Notes: generated by a model not told the origin, from the letters alone. Shown: positions 13,721 through 27,476, numbered from the stretch's first letter. The stretch is DNA of 64,000 nt from Haliotis rufescens (GCF_023055435.1 NW_025963813.1:25420001-25484000), one strand, 5' to 3'. Numbers and translations: made by a program.

Positions 13721-14261
13721 AGTACACCTCATGATAAACCCTACTCTCAATGATCTCTAAGTAAAGTATGAACTCCCTTACTTCTCTGATTATTGTTTAA
13801 GTAATAACACAACTCATCACAAATACAGTCACATATTCTTTCATAAACTGCAGATGTCAAGAAACACTAGTAATAACTTTTCTTAGTGTTTGCAATTAGG
13901 CCATTTACAAAAAAGTCCAGTGAACATAGATCACAGAGGCTTGCACACAACCGGACATGTCATATTGGCGGGGGACATGAGTATTTCAAGCTTGCTCTTT
14001 TATAAATTTGGAAAAGATTCAAAGGATGTGCAGTTGTATTTGTGAATGAAACCTGAAATGTTCAATTACAAATAACATTAGTTTTGTCTCGATAACTATT
14101 CGACAAACTAAATGGAGACAATGGTCAAATTCAACACCCCAGTCAAGAACAATAATAGACCTCGACATAGGGCATCGGTCCCTTCTTCAATTATCCAAAC
14201 CAAAATAATCATATTGCCCACAATGTCGTTTGCAACAAAGTCGTTTCTTAATGTACAGTAC

Positions 14262-14263
14262 TG

Positions 14264-14327
<64 letters not shown>

Positions 14328-14333
14328 TAATAA
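14262..14333. repeat. Compound (CTA)n(ATA)n microsatellite
   Basis: Direct reading. Confidence 0.95.
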
Positions 14334-14459
14334 TACGTTCTATAAATTATGACACTTATCATCAATATGTATTTATGGTTTAACAAAAGAAGACCTCAAG
14401 TACAATGTTGTATATAATAACTGCTCTGATATCAATACCTATCAAATAGTTAATACATA

Positions 14460-14610
14460 GAGATTAGTGTTCGAGCATGTGCGTCAAACTGATTTTACGA
14501 AACAAGTGTCAGAAATGTTATATTTCCCGAGTGAGAGCGAGGGTAATACATGAATTCTTACACGAGGTTCGTTAAATCAGTATGACACACATGCAAGTGT
14601 AATACTTTCT
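14460..14610. repeat. Imperfect inverted repeat, probably a non-autonomous DNA element
   Basis: gcatgtgcgtcaaactgattttacgaa pairs with ttcgttaaatcagtatgacacacatgc. Confidence 0.6.
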
Positions 14611-14840
14611 TTTTTACCCATTATGTCGTCATCATGTTGAGCTGTCCTTTACTAAAATGCACTGATCACGATCACCGTCTTTAAAAAAACAATTGTCGAA
14701 TGACATCAACAATCTTCACCTATGACGTTGTTTCTAGTGCTACGTCATTCCGACCTTATGTCACAATAAGATTCGAATTCGGTTTTTATTACCCATAGGG
14801 TTAGAAATAACCCGATTATTATGAAGTCGCTTCCTACAAG

Positions 14841-15017
14841 GAGGCGGTGGGGTACCCAAGTGGTTGAAGCGTTCGCTCGTCACGGCAAAGACCTGGGTTC
14901 GATTCCCTACATGGGTACAATGTGTGAAGCCCATTTCTGGTGTCCCCCGCCGTGATATTGTTTGAATATTGATCAAAAGCGGCGTAAACCCATACTCCCT
15001 CGCTCACTCACTCACGC
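14841..15017 (+). mobile_element. tRNA-derived SINE with (ACTC)n tail
   Basis: A-box-like gtggggtacccaagtgg, B-box GGTTCGATTCC, ggcgtaaac 3' motif and ACTC tail. A second degenerate copy lies at 56655-56791. Confidence 0.8.
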
Positions 15018-17097
15018 TTACACAAGCATAATGCGCTGGGGGCCTATTCTGACCAGGCATGGTCAAGATGTCGTGATTCGTAAAGTGAAGTTCGTGAAGG
15101 GGCAGGTACAATACATTCTTTAGGTGGTGGGATCTTAAGCCAAAACGAGATAAAGCAGGGGCGTCAGTCAAACACAATCGAAGGATACGTCCGCCAAGAT
15201 GGCTATGTTGAAAGGGTGTGCTCTTAATTGGCACCACAGTAAGGCGGTTTGCGTATATATAACCCTAACCATATAAAATGTTGATAAAGTATGGGATTAT
15301 AAATAAAAATACATGCATGTGGCATTGTCACTTATTATTTTCATCTTGATTGTGATTGGCATATATTTACATGATGGCTACCGCGAGGGACATGTGTTTA
15401 CAATATGGCTACCGTGATTGCCATGTTTATATTAAGAATTTAGTGAATATATATGACATATTATTCTTGCATGGATTTAGTTTTAAAAGCGTTGTGACTT
15501 GAACTTTACCAAGTTCGGCATACCAAAATATGTTAAAAGATGGTACTTGATGTTACCCTGCAACAAGTAAGGGCCTGCTCCGTGTGTTTGGGGTGTGATG
15601 GGGGGGGGGGGGCATAGTGTCAAATGATCAGTATGTGTTTACATTATTAATTATTCCCATTTTCCAATGTGTGGTCCAGTAGCATTGTTCATCTTAATAC
15701 TCTGAATCAAGTATAGAAATATGCCGTCTCCCTCTGTTTGTTGCAGCAAATGTCTAACACTAATACTGTACTGTATTTGTGAACAAATAAATAATTTAAC
15801 AATGCATGTACATGCATTTCCTATTCACTTACCCATTACCCATAAGCAACCAGACATGTCACACACCAGTTGTAGATGAGGCAACGAGGCCCCTCTCCAC
15901 AGCCAAACATTATCAGAGGGAAGGAAGCTGTATAAGTCCTTAACTTGTAGTGATCATTTGTTGGGAGAAACATTAGGTGGCAGCATTTAGCAGCCCTCTT
16001 CAAGTCTATCACAGCCAGAAGTCAACCCTGAAAGAATCCCTGGAACCCCCTGAATACAATCATCACTATAATGTGTAGGAGACAATCCTTATTGTGGACC
16101 TTTACATTCCAACATAATCAAAAGCAGCCATAAGTCTCCTCTGGAGCTCAACTGATTTAGGGTGCAATAATGGCAGCCATGTTTTAAGTCAGATTTGAAT
16201 TTTATGTTCCAATTTTTAGAGATGTCATACCTGGGATCATTCACACAAAGTTTCGTCTCCATAGGCCTAGTAGTTGGAGAGATGTCATAGCTTGATCATA
16301 TATCAAAATATGCCAAAAAGAGTATACCAGTATGATATTCTGCATGCCCCATAGTTGCTGCCTATCAAATTCCATAATGACACATGAAGAGATGGCTGAG
16401 TGATCGGCAAACATTACAATGTCAATATGGTCGCTGTCTGCCATGTTAAAGATGGATTGGAATTCTGTGAGCACTTTTTAGAGACATCAGTGCTGGGATT
16501 GTTCATCCAGTTTCAGAGCCATAGGCCTTGCAGTCTCGGAAATGTTGAAAGTACAGTAATACAGTAGAACAGATTGACAAAAATCGAAACATGCCAATAA
16601 CCGTGTACACTCAAGCAAACTTTCAGTTTCATAGGCTTTGTAGTTTTAGAGAAACCTAAGAGTTAATGAAGGACAGAGAGACAATACGCCTTGACATAAG
16701 TTCATTTGACTTTCAACCAGGTGAGCTAAAAATGTGTGCATGTATGCACATACATGCAATGTGCTCAATTAATGGAAATATTTGTGATCATGGTGACACC
16801 ATCTGCTTTGGTAGCTGTTATCTTACTTGAAACATGATGTGAACTCCTATGCACAAACTCAATGTGTATAATTTCTGATTACTGCTGAATATTTTTCACA
16901 TCTTTAAACAACATCCCACACAGTTTTCATTTTATTCTCTTCATAGTACATGATTGGACAGATTCTCATTTCAATGTCTCACTTAATTTGGATAAGGGGA
17001 AAGAAATTGAAAGTTTAACCTCAAGTCACGGATGTATAAGTTACCAATTCATTATTTTGGAAAGCTCTCATGGGAATTCCAGTTAAGAGTGACAGAT

Positions 17098-17350
17098 TTG
17101 GGTTTAACACTGCTTTTAACAGTATTCCAGTTATGTAATGGCATGTCAGCTTAATGTGGGAGGAAAGTCCGAAATGATGCAGGTCTCAGAAATTTACCAT
17201 TTTGGTGAAACCCACGAGAGCTTCGGTATGGTGCTGACAAACCTAGAAACATAATCGGGGCTAACCAAGATTCAAAACCACAATCACTGGTTTATGACAT
17301 GCCCAAGGGACACAACTCTGCACAGCGAATTGTGGTGCCTTTGACGCCCC
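17098..17350 (-). mobile_element. SINE, degenerate copy of the 55786-56045 family
   Basis: Shares tgtcagcttaatgtgggaggaaag, gtgctgacaaacctagaaacataatcggggc and catgcccaagggac. Confidence 0.8.
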
Positions 17351-17369
17351 ATGCCCCTCCAGGTTAGAA

Positions 17370-17980
17370 CTGGTCCACAGCAAACATTGCTAGAAGCAAC
17401 AGGCAACATATCAATCAGGCGGTCAGGTTCAATGACTTTGTGTCAATGTGCTCCAATGCTCACAATATCAATCAATGGATTGTCTGGTTCAGACTCGATT
17501 ATTTACAGGCCAACATCATGTATCTATTGTTGAATGTCCCATTAAAATTTCTTTTTGAAAGACCTTGGTATGCTAGCAACAAGGAATTTGTAAATATTGT
17601 ATTCTTGCCCTTAACTGGAAAGATTCCTATCTTGAATAGGATGAATGTCGAAATTACTTGCATTGTCATTATGTGCACAAACAAGGATTATATGACCAAA
17701 CTATTCATTTATACATTCAGTATTGCTCAAATGTTGCCTTACAGGAAAAAGATGTTTTTGTCATTAATGCCCTCGATATAGAAGTGGTAGAAGTGTATAA
17801 GTGAAATTAGTCCAAAGCAGCCCATATGCATGTTGTACAAAGCGGGTAAGTGGAGCAGCAGGTCATGATTGGTGACTTGGTTGATAATGTGTCATTGTAC
17901 CCTGACAGCGTGTTCCCTTAATGTCAACCACTGGTTTATCTGCCCCAGACTTGGGTGAAGCATCAAACAACAAACAAAAT
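17370..17980 (+). mobile_element. Two degenerate V-type SINE fragments (~17370-17530 and ~17815-17980)
   Basis: ggattgtctggttcagactcgattatttacag and related segments match 63236-63490. Confidence 0.6.
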
Positions 17981-19282
17981 ATTAAGATCCATATTGGGTC
18001 AAAACCTATCAATCTTTGATTTTAAATTTGATCGGGATAGAAGAATGCTAACATGATTAAGCAATAGCGGAGCCTTATTGGACAAGAGAGGGCTGCCCTT
18101 GTATAAATAATACTTGTATCAAACCAACTGAGCTGAGCAAATGTAAGGAACAAAAGAGACAAGAAGACTACAGAACTTCAAATATAACACATTTTCCTTA
18201 AGTCTTCCGACATGAACATCAATTTTCTTTGACTTTAATTCTGCTTGCATTTTAATTTAGATTTACATCATTTAGTTCTCATGAACAATATTCTATTTGA
18301 AGCGCATTTCCTGGCGTAGTGCAGTCTGTGGTCCTAGTTACTGATCCTAAGCCCAAATCTATCAAAACTCTCAGTGTACTGTCGAGATATTGTATGACTG
18401 GGAGCAGTGTTCCCCTTGTACTATATAAATGTGGACATTAATGTGACAATCATGACAATAGGGGCCTTTGAAAGATGAAAATGACCAACAGCTTTGGTAT
18501 GTAATTCAAGCATATCCTTTACCTTCATCAGAAATGCTTTAAAACAGTCAGTGAACCAAAATATACCTAAAATGATGTTAAAGCCCTGTTCATTCTTGTT
18601 CTCACAGGTATTTTTCCCAAAGATGAATGAAATACAAAACACAATTATCAAAGTTCAATATAATGGTGTGCACTGTTTATTTGCAAGCATAATGTCAATT
18701 GTAATTAAGTCAGCAGCTTAATAATAACAGTTCTAATTTTAAATTAGAATCCCTGGTCATGTCTAATGATTCCAGAGTTTTCTTTGTTTATCTATCAGCA
18801 TTGCAATTTGTTTGACTGTTAGCACAATAACTAAGAATATATATCCCTAGACATATTTACTTTGTAAATTGTTCAACCAATGTCACTATACATTACATGT
18901 TTACAACTGTTCAGCCGACTGGGGAGATTGTGTATCTGCTAACATAGAATTTGATCTAAATTGGTCGATGGAATACAGGCAGGGCTTGGGCATAAGGTGA
19001 TACCATTATTTAGGCCAATGAGTGAAAGTGCTATCACTCTCCACTTGGCAAATTGCAAAAGTCAAGCTTTCAGTAGAGCCTTGTTTCATCACTCAAACCT
19101 TTTGCTCTCTTGAGGTGGTAGTAGCTAGTTAACAGAACAGTTTGATACACAACTGCTATCTGAGAGATGGTATGTTGATGGAATCAAGTCTGGAAACCAA
19201 TGTCTCTTAGTCTTACTTCCAATATTTGAAGTTCAAAACCATATTTTATTCACTTTCTTGGCATGTCCCAAGTCAAATATTA

Positions 19283-20748
19283 TATTACTGACACAAAATA
19301 AGGGAAGTAATTATTTTAATGTAGCTATCGTTGAGGTGTACAATTTACAATACTGTGGCATCGCATGTGAACGCAACATCTAATCACAATGAAATTTTGA
19401 TTCATGCAAGAACAGCATGCCAAAGTACCTATGGGGGAACTCACAATTACTAATACAAATGAGCGAAGCACATGCTTAGAAATGCCTCCAGTATCTCAAT
19501 GACCAGACCAAATGGCGAATGGTGGGTACAACAGAGGGGCGGACATCAATATCCCAAGTTGCCCAAATGTTTGGCAAATCAAATAGTTTAATTTCTCAAC
19601 TGTCAGACAAGTACCGTCGAATAGGTGAGGCCAAAGAGACCTGGGTGTTGCAGGCCTAAAATGTCGAGACTTAGACAAGACTGTCTCATTACATTAATTG
19701 CACTACACAACCGATTCAAATCCGGAAAGCCAATTTCAACAGCTACCATCAAAAACTGTTTCTTTGAAGCCCGCCTGAAAGCAAAGCATCCTGTGAAGGG
19801 TGTGACCCCAGTAGGTTACCATAGGCGACAAAGACTGGGGTGGGCTAGGCAACACCAGGGCTGAGCATCAATGTCATTACCCAATATTTACAGACAAATC
19901 AAGATTTTCCGCCCAGTTCTGAGATGGTACAAAACGTTGGTGACGCAGCAAGTGCAGTATGCAAGGGCAACAATTCTTGACCACGATTTGTATGGGGGCG
20001 GTACTGTTATGGTGTGGAGCAGCATCACACTTGACAGGCGAACTGATTTGGTTATTGTGAGTGGGCATTTAACTGTCCAGCTATATCTTGACGAAATTTT
20101 GTGTCATGTCGTTGTTCCAATTGCTAGAATTATCAGCAGAAATTTTGAACTGCAAGATGGCAATGCCTCACCACATCATGCCCAGGTCAATTGATCATCT
20201 CTGACAAGAAGGCATATGGGCATTGGACTAGCCAGCTAAGTCCCCTGACGAGTCCCCAATAGAGCATCTGTGGGATGTACTCACCCGGAGAGTGTATGCG
20301 ACAGACCCAACACCAACTAATGTGGTCCGACTTGGGGTAGCTCGTCAGTCAGATTGACGGGCAATAGCATGGAAAACATGCACAAATTCATCAACAGTAT
20401 GCCATCAAGGTGTCGACATTGATCGAAGTAAGGATAAGATTTATGGATGAACAACTTCTTTATTACAATTAGGAGCGACACCGTTATCAACCAAGTGAGA
20501 GACATTTCGGTGTAGGTTCTAACACTGTTATTAACCAAGTGATCACTTGCTTGATAACGGTGTAAGAACCTAAACTGAAAAGTTGCTCCTAATTGTAATA
20601 AAGAAGATGTTCATCCATAAATATTATCCTTACTTAGTACTCAAACTTCTATATGCCTCTCAAAGAAGATATTGAACCTACACGCATAAAAAAGTGTCAT
20701 TACACCTTCATTATCATTTCATCAGTTCCCTTATTTTTGTCGGTAGTA
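19283..20748 (+). mobile_element. Full-length but decayed Tc1-family transposon
   Basis: TIRs ta..actgacacaaaataagggaa / ttcccttatttttgtcggtagta with TA flanks. Transposase remnants: GGGTVMVWSSI, YLDEIL, LQDGNASPH, PAKSPDESPIEHLWD. Many stops and frameshifts. Confidence 0.9.
20424..20637. mobile_element. Palindromic MITE nested in the Tc1
   Basis: aagtaaggataagatttatggatgaacaacttctttattacaattaggagc pairs with gctcctaattgtaataaagaagatgttcatccataaatattatccttactt. Confidence 0.8.
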
Positions 20749-22082
20749 TAATTTTGTGGCATTTGATAAAATCCTTCAGAAATGTTGTATTCTTGGTAGA
20801 ACACTTTACTCGGATTTTATACAAAATAATCCATATATCATCACAAATATCTATCTGATATGATGAGAAAGAGACAAGTTCAAGCTGATATACTCCAATG
20901 TTTATGGCTAATACTGGTAATGTTACCATTGTTAAGTTGTTAATTCCTAATTAGCATGATTAGGCTACAAAGCTACTTGAAAGTGGTCAACATACAGAAC
21001 AGGTTAAATTTGATTTAAATGCCAAAGGCAAGTTACCATATGAGCATAGATGTCCCAGATAAGTATTGTTTGCAACTTTGCATGCATTTCCATGGAGAGG
21101 GTAATAATAATCAACAAAATACAGCTTGTGTTTCATAACAATCCTTGTTGCCATGAGAGTGGAAGGTGACAAGGTTTATAAAAAGTGTCAATTTACATCA
21201 AATTCAAGATTAAAATTCTCAAAAACTTAGAAATGGACATGAAAATCACTTTAATTCAGATGCCAATACATATCATAGATGAAGTCAATTTGTAAATGGA
21301 AAATTGTACAAATTTATGCCACAGCCAAGATTAACAGCAGAATTACACTAACTAATCTAAAAACAGTCATGATTTATCACAAATACTTCAATCATTCTCA
21401 GTAAATAGACATTTAGCCATATCTGGATCACCCTAATCATTCAAATGTGGTGGTGACCTAGCACATGCACTAGACAAGGGAGGTAACTCCAATTGAACAG
21501 CTGGAACCAGTGCTTGCAGATGTTATATTTATCTAGTCCTTATTAATTCTATGGAAAACATAAACACAAGTTATTTCGGTGGATGTATGATGGAGCTTTA
21601 ATATTTATCAAGATTACATAACAATTTAAGACATGTTGCTTATCTAGATATTATCAAGCACTTAAAAAATTGTTAGCCTATTTTTCTTTCTGCATTTAAA
21701 GGATAGAACTTAAAAATTCTGACAAAACCGTCACTACCTGTATGACACTAAAATGTCCAGTGTTATTAAAATGTCAACAAACTATCCTCACAGATATCAT
21801 ATTATAACTTTGGACAAGAAAAAACATGATATGAAGAGTCAGTACTCAGTAGTATGGGTGTCCAAGCTTTCTCAAGAGGAAACAAGCAAAATACGAAAAC
21901 TCTTTCCTGGCACAACTCGATTGTAATTCATACATGATACTGTCATTTTGGAGAGTGTGCAAGCAGCAAATTCAACTAGTCCAAGCTTTGGAGTCCGTGG
22001 GACAAACGAGAGAACAAGAGTGACTATTGAGACTGTTCCAACTTCACATTCAACCGTTTCTCGCACAGTTTGTGTTTACTGT

Positions 22083-22832
22083 TCACTCCTGTGTCTGCCC
22101 CTGTTCGTCTTCACAGGCAGCATCAGACGTCCACAGTGTCAGGTTGTCACGCAGGAGTTGCATTATAAGTGAACTGTCCTTATATTCCTCACTGCTAAGT
22201 TGATCTATCTCTCCTATGGCGTCATCGAAGGCTTCCTTAGCCAAAGCACATGCTTTGTCTGGTGAATTTAGAATTTCATAAAAGAAAACAGAAAAGTTCA
22301 GTGCCAAGCCTAAACGGTTAGGATGTGTTTTATCCATTTTTTCCTTTGCGATTTTGTATGCTTCTTCATAAGCATGTTGAGCTTTCTGCTGGACCTCCGT
22401 CTTGCTGTCGCCTTCGGAGAACTCAGCAATATACCTGTAGTAGTCGCCTTTCATTTTCAGGTAAAATACTTTTGCTGCTTCGTCCTCTGCTTTCTCGATG
22501 AGGTGCTTATCCAATAATTCCAAAACAACGTTACATGTCTTATTCAGTTCTTTCTCTATACTTTGTCGAAACTCCTTGGCAATTTCCTTCTTCCTATCCG
22601 CTGTTTCTGGCTTGTTTTCGATCATACAAACAACCCTCCATGACGATCTTCTAGCGCCGACAACATTCTTAAATGCCACTGACAGCAGATTTCGCTGATC
22701 GGCGGTTAGCGGTTTCTGATCACGCTCTGTCACTAGTCTCATCGCCTCGGCCATATCGTCGTACCTTTCAGCTTGCTCAGCCAGTCTGGCCTTGTACACC
22801 AACTCATCAAACTCTTTCGCCTGGTCAGTCAT
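22083..22832 (-). CDS. 14-3-3zeta: 14-3-3 protein (non-epsilon / zeta-like), intronless, 249 aa
   Basis: Motifs [78 protein letters not shown]. The first ATG is at 22832. Exact orthology is uncertain. Confidence 0.97.
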   Translation of the reverse strand: MTDQAKEFDELVYKARLAEQAERYDDMAEAMRLVTERDQKPLTADQRNLLSVAFKNVVGARRSSWRVVCMIENKPETADRKKEIAKEFRQSIEKELNKTCNVVLELLDKHLIEKAEDEAAKVFYLKMKGDYYRYIAEFSEGDSKTEVQQKAQHAYEEAYKIAKEKMDKTHPNRLGLALNFSVFFYEILNSPDKACALAKEAFDDAIGEIDQLSSEEYKDSSLIMQLLRDNLTLWTSDAACEDEQGQTQE

Positions 22833-22919
22833 TCTGGCAATCTCTACCAGAAGTGTCAAAGTGTGAAGCGATCGGCGATTCTTCAACAACTAGATTCGAT
22901 TTGAAAAAGGAAGGGCCTG

Positions 22920-23020
22920 AGCGGCACTTTCCAAAATGGCGGATGCTGAGTCTGGCTGTTGCTTCGTGATCCCTCTGCGAAATGAATCATTAGCTCGTGT
23001 GCAAAAGCGGTGTTGCGCTT
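22920..23020 (-). promoter_or_regulatory. Probable 14-3-3 core promoter / 5'UTR with YY1 motif
   Basis: AAAATGGCGG at 22933-22942, ~100 bp upstream of the ATG, in a locally GC/CpG-rich stretch. Confidence 0.5.
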
Positions 23021-23659
23021 TCTTATTTACCCATGAAAATAAGATCCGATGTTAGGGACCGATTCAAGAAGGATGTGGTGGACTTTTCTTATAGGCAGTT
23101 ACCAACCTGTCATCATCAATACAAATATTATTGTTATGTGCTAAACATAATAGAATTGATATAATATCCTTACTTATATATGTGTTGGGGGGATATTAAA
23201 GTTGTTAATCGCAATTCAGACAATATTGATAATAAAAGTGTTTTGTGCATTTGATAGGTTCCCTAAAGTAATTTCTGAAGAAAATCAATGGCAAGGTAAT
23301 GCAGCATTACAGCTTTGAGCCCGCTTGTGAATGACGCACTCTTTGTTGACCGAATGTAGTAACCTGGCAACTAATTTCCTGGTGTAAGTGCCGCATATGT
23401 GTGCGAAATATTGAATATTTCACCACCTCATGAAAATCGAGGTCGTGCATGCACAAGCATGTACTTTACGATCTATATTTGACATTTGACCAGTATCAAT
23501 TGAACAGCCTCGTGTAATCAATATGACACTCGCACCGTGACAACTGTACACTTAAATAACGCACGCGGCTGTAGCTTAGCATCATATCTATACACAATGA
23601 AATATAAACGAAGTCTAGCTCTCCATTGACATGCAAATTACCAGCATAGGTATAGGTAT

Positions 23660-23662
<3 letters not shown>

Positions 23663-23707
<45 letters not shown>
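23663..23707. repeat. (TA)n microsatellite
   Basis: Direct reading. Confidence 0.95.
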
Positions 23708-23711
<4 letters not shown>

Positions 23712-24421
23712 ACCCCACAAGGCATGACAAAATACACAAAACTCATTTCAAATGCCATACAGCTGTCATTTATATTGGATGCTTGGCGCGTGTAATACAA
23801 TGCGCTACGGTTATAGTGTTACCCAGCAATGTCACACGTGTCGTGGAAGAATATACAGTGAGGTAGGGACGTGAAGAAGATTCTCCATAAAATGTAGATG
23901 GGCTCAATTATCATCGTCACCAAATACGTTTTCGATGTAATATTACTTTATATGCATGCCATGATTTATATCAGGTGTAACGTATGTTGTTGAGAACACA
24001 CTTGCCTATGAAGAAGACACCTTGGTTTTCAATACTTTTGTGTTTCCATGGTAACAAGTTCAAATGTGTCTGTGATGATCGTTTTTACATTACTGGCAAA
24101 TTGTACTAGCTCACAAGAGAGTTGTCCGACGTGTATGTAGGAGTTGCGTGTGTCTGTTTCCTCCCAGTGAGGGACTGTATAGGCGCGATGTGTAAACGAG
24201 GAAACATTATATTACGTAGAAATACACATTTAATGTTCTGAGTGGTACGATTAGAACTCGCGAGATGTCCGTATACCGAAACTGAGTATATTCCTGCATA
24301 TACCGAAACTCGAGCAAGACGCTTGTATAGCGAAACTGAACCATCCGTATACCGAAACATACTGTACATACAGCATTGATGTCAAGCTATCCAACTTTAC
24401 CTTGTGTTATTGAGTACATAA

Positions 24422-24494
24422 TGTGTGTGTGTGTGTGTGCGTGCGTGTGTGCGTGCGTGCGTGCGTGCGTGCGTGCGTGTGTGTGTGTGTGTGT
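24422..24494. repeat. (TG)n/(TGCG)n microsatellite
   Basis: Direct reading; alternating purine-pyrimidine. Confidence 0.95.
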
Positions 24495-25234
24495 TTATTT
24501 ACATGCATCCAACATATTATATGCATATTATATATTCATCGCATCCAATGTAAAATCGCACTTTATATACTGATTAAGCTGAGAGAAAGAACTTCCTATT
24601 TTGTATGCACAGTTCTATACTCGGAGCTTATAGGGAAGCATATGTTTTGTAGATTCGTAATTACAACAACGGCGTAGGAGATAACGTTTTCCGTCCTATC
24701 CCATATATTCGAATAGAACATGTAACTTGGTATATGTAATTATTACATTAAGTCCCAAATGCATGCAAGACAAGCATCAACACACCAGCCTTCGACCATG
24801 GGAGATACAAAATGATAAAACCCTTTGACGCTTTTCCATGATCTACTTACAAGGCAAGACGATGACCTGTAGTATCACGTTAAGAACCGACCGAAAACAT
24901 ATCAGTAATCTTGAGTCAATCAACAATAAAGACTCTTTCACATTCGACCAGAAGACAATGTTGTTCTCCTTCATACGAAAAGATGTATTAATATACACAT
25001 GTATTGTCATTCATCGACACGCACTATACCTCGGATACTGCACTAATTGCAGGAACCCGAGATGTACGAATAGACTAGCTGTCACTATATTTGATATTGA
25101 CATCTTGATATTATAATTCTGGCAATTGATGGTGTATATAAAAGCAAACTTCCATAACTTTGTTACATGTTGTTGAAATAATTTCGCACGATTAAACTTG
25201 TCATTTTAACACCCTCTGCCTCAATCACGCGGTA

Positions 25235-27476
25235 CACTCTAAACCCAAGTGTTCCACTTCTGAACACTAGACAGAACACATGGATGTAACACTTTTAGAA
25301 CGCGTCCATGTGTTCTGAAAATATTCTGAACGTTGATGTTCTCGACCCAGAACAGGAGTGTTCTACAAACATATTTAGAACGCTTCAACGTGTTCTGACG
25401 ATGTAACGCTTTTAGAACGCCTGTAAAGTGTTCTGGACCGAGATTCAGAACACTACACGTTCTCGGACACGTACTTCCACATTACTGAAACGACAACTCA
25501 TCGTGTGTGTCGAATACAATTTACCCGATGTTTTTCAAGGTGTAAGAATTTACACCATACACCCATGCATATTCTCTGGCATAAAATCACACGGACGAAA
25601 TTCTGAACTGCAACCATGAATTCTTTATTATATTTGTTTGGGATGATCATGGATATTCAAGTCACTTATGAGTCAGAGTTCTTCATGAAACATTACAAAC
25701 TGTCGTGTAGCAAATTGAAGCATACTTCCATACTCAAGTCTTTCACGAAGCGCATGTACTTCGCAGATGTTTCTTGTGGGTAAATATCCCCAAAGGACGA
25801 TGTTCGTAACAGCGACATGACCATCGCAGGCTTCAGGAAACTTCATGTCAAATATGACTCCCCAACATCCTACAACACAAAACATTTATTTGATCATAGT
25901 CATATAGTTATCAAACTCGTACATATTACATAGGACATTCTAACAAATGTTCGTTAGTAAACCCAAGATTACCGTGACATTTGTTTCATTATTTATAGGT
26001 TGCAAAATGTTTTGCCAAAAATGTCATTTGACTAACAAAGTTACCACTTACTTGGATAAAGGTTAGAGCAAAATATACACAAGTACCTTCTTATTTGATC
26101 TGCAAAACCTTGTGTCTTTTCCTCCTTTGTGTAGACGTGTGCCCTGTGCAATAGTTTCCATGGATGGTACTGATTATCTGCAATGCACCCTGAAACCTGA
26201 AATAGAAACAACAAGACTGATTCTCTAAAATATTTCACATAAAATAGCCAAAAACATGTCCTGTGAAGGTTTAGTTCTTTTTGTTCATTACATACTTACA
26301 CTACTCTCTGCTGATTTCGATGCATTGTCGATGCTTGCTGATCATGCCCTCGGATCCCAAATTTAGATGTTCAGAGATTTGTTGCATGTAGCCCGCTTCG
26401 CACTTTCAGGCGATTCATATAGAACCTGAAATATATATTCATTTTATTTGAACATCATTCAAATAAACGGAAACGTTCAAATAGTGACACTTGCAATTTG
26501 GATTGGAATTTCATCTCATAATTTATAAATAAAGCGTGTGGAACAATGGCAGAAATGACGGTCAAAATGGCGAGTAATATGTCGTCTGCTATGCGTTTTG
26601 TAAGGGGCCGGTTATACTTCGTTGGGATCAGCATATGAATATATCGCCGAAATATTACATTATTTTAGGTACGTATTAAATATGAAACAAAAGTATTCCT
26701 AGATGGATACTTACCACAGACACACCTCAGATCATAGGAAATTGTAGCGCCAAATACATGCGACGTCACGCCAGTTTCTCACATAACGGATGTGAATCAC
26801 AGAGCATGGACAGCTTTGAATGCTTGTTAGAAAAACAGAACACCGATGTTCTATTAATGGAACACGTGTTCTCGCATATAACATTATAGAACACAGCAGA
26901 ACACACGCGTTCTAGGAGAGAACGCAGGCGTTCAGCAAATAGACCGTATATGTTCCAGAGCACCCATTAAAGATCCAGCTAAAATTAGCCATCAGAATGC
27001 CAGTGTTCTGATACACGTAAATGTCCCCAATGCAAGCAAGTTATTTCCATGTATTAGCAATGAGTTGTATTTCAGTAATGTTTCTTGTTGTATTTATTCA
27101 GGCTACATATGAGTTGTTATTAACACAAAGTATGCCATGTTTATAAACTATTTATTATTCATCAAACTCAAAATATAACCCTTCTTATACACATTTTCTG
27201 TTTGACATACCAATCTACCAGCCTCTCTTCTTCTCAAAAATAAATATTCCGAAAACACAAATATGATGGTCGAATTTAAATTTGTCTAACAGCATTCAGC
27301 ACATTAACTCTGCTAATGTGCATGGACTTCTCCCAGGAGAGAACACACGCGTTCTACATCAGATCACAGGCGTTCAGCAATAGCACACGTGCTGCACGAA
27401 TTAGAACATTCGTATTCTGTGGCAGAACGTATGGACGCGTCCAGTGTTCTATATTAGAACACATAGATTTAGAGTG
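25235..27476. mobile_element. Non-autonomous DNA transposon with CACTCTAAA termini, TA TSD and AGAAC/GTTCT subterminal repeats (EnSpm/CACTA-like)
   Basis: TA|CACTCTAAA...TTTAGAGTG|TA. Clusters of gttct/agaac occur at both ends and at 26820-27010. The superfamily assignment is inferred. Confidence 0.75.

Larger units (their letters stand above)
12370..14000 (+). mobile_element. Decayed Helentron derivative: HINE-type ends plus helicase C-terminus and APE/EEP endonuclease remnant
   Basis: 5' region (aagtggaagg...ataggaatgggtg, gtcc microsatellite, core repeats) and 3' end (cacacaaccggacatgtcatattggcggggga...) are shared with 54038-54370. Internal translation gives PG/QAYTMLSRA, LKVAHLNVRSL, LCFNETH, VTGDFN, TLD and SDH. 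Confidence 0.85.

Noticed and set aside
14841-14910. tRNA gene (also 54955-55010 and 55930-56045)
   Set aside because: A/B boxes are followed by SINE bodies and simple-repeat tails, and no clean cloverleaf was found.
22833-22889. 19-aa N-terminal extension of 14-3-3 in the ORF track
   Set aside because: It starts at a non-ATG codon, and homology begins at ATG 22832.
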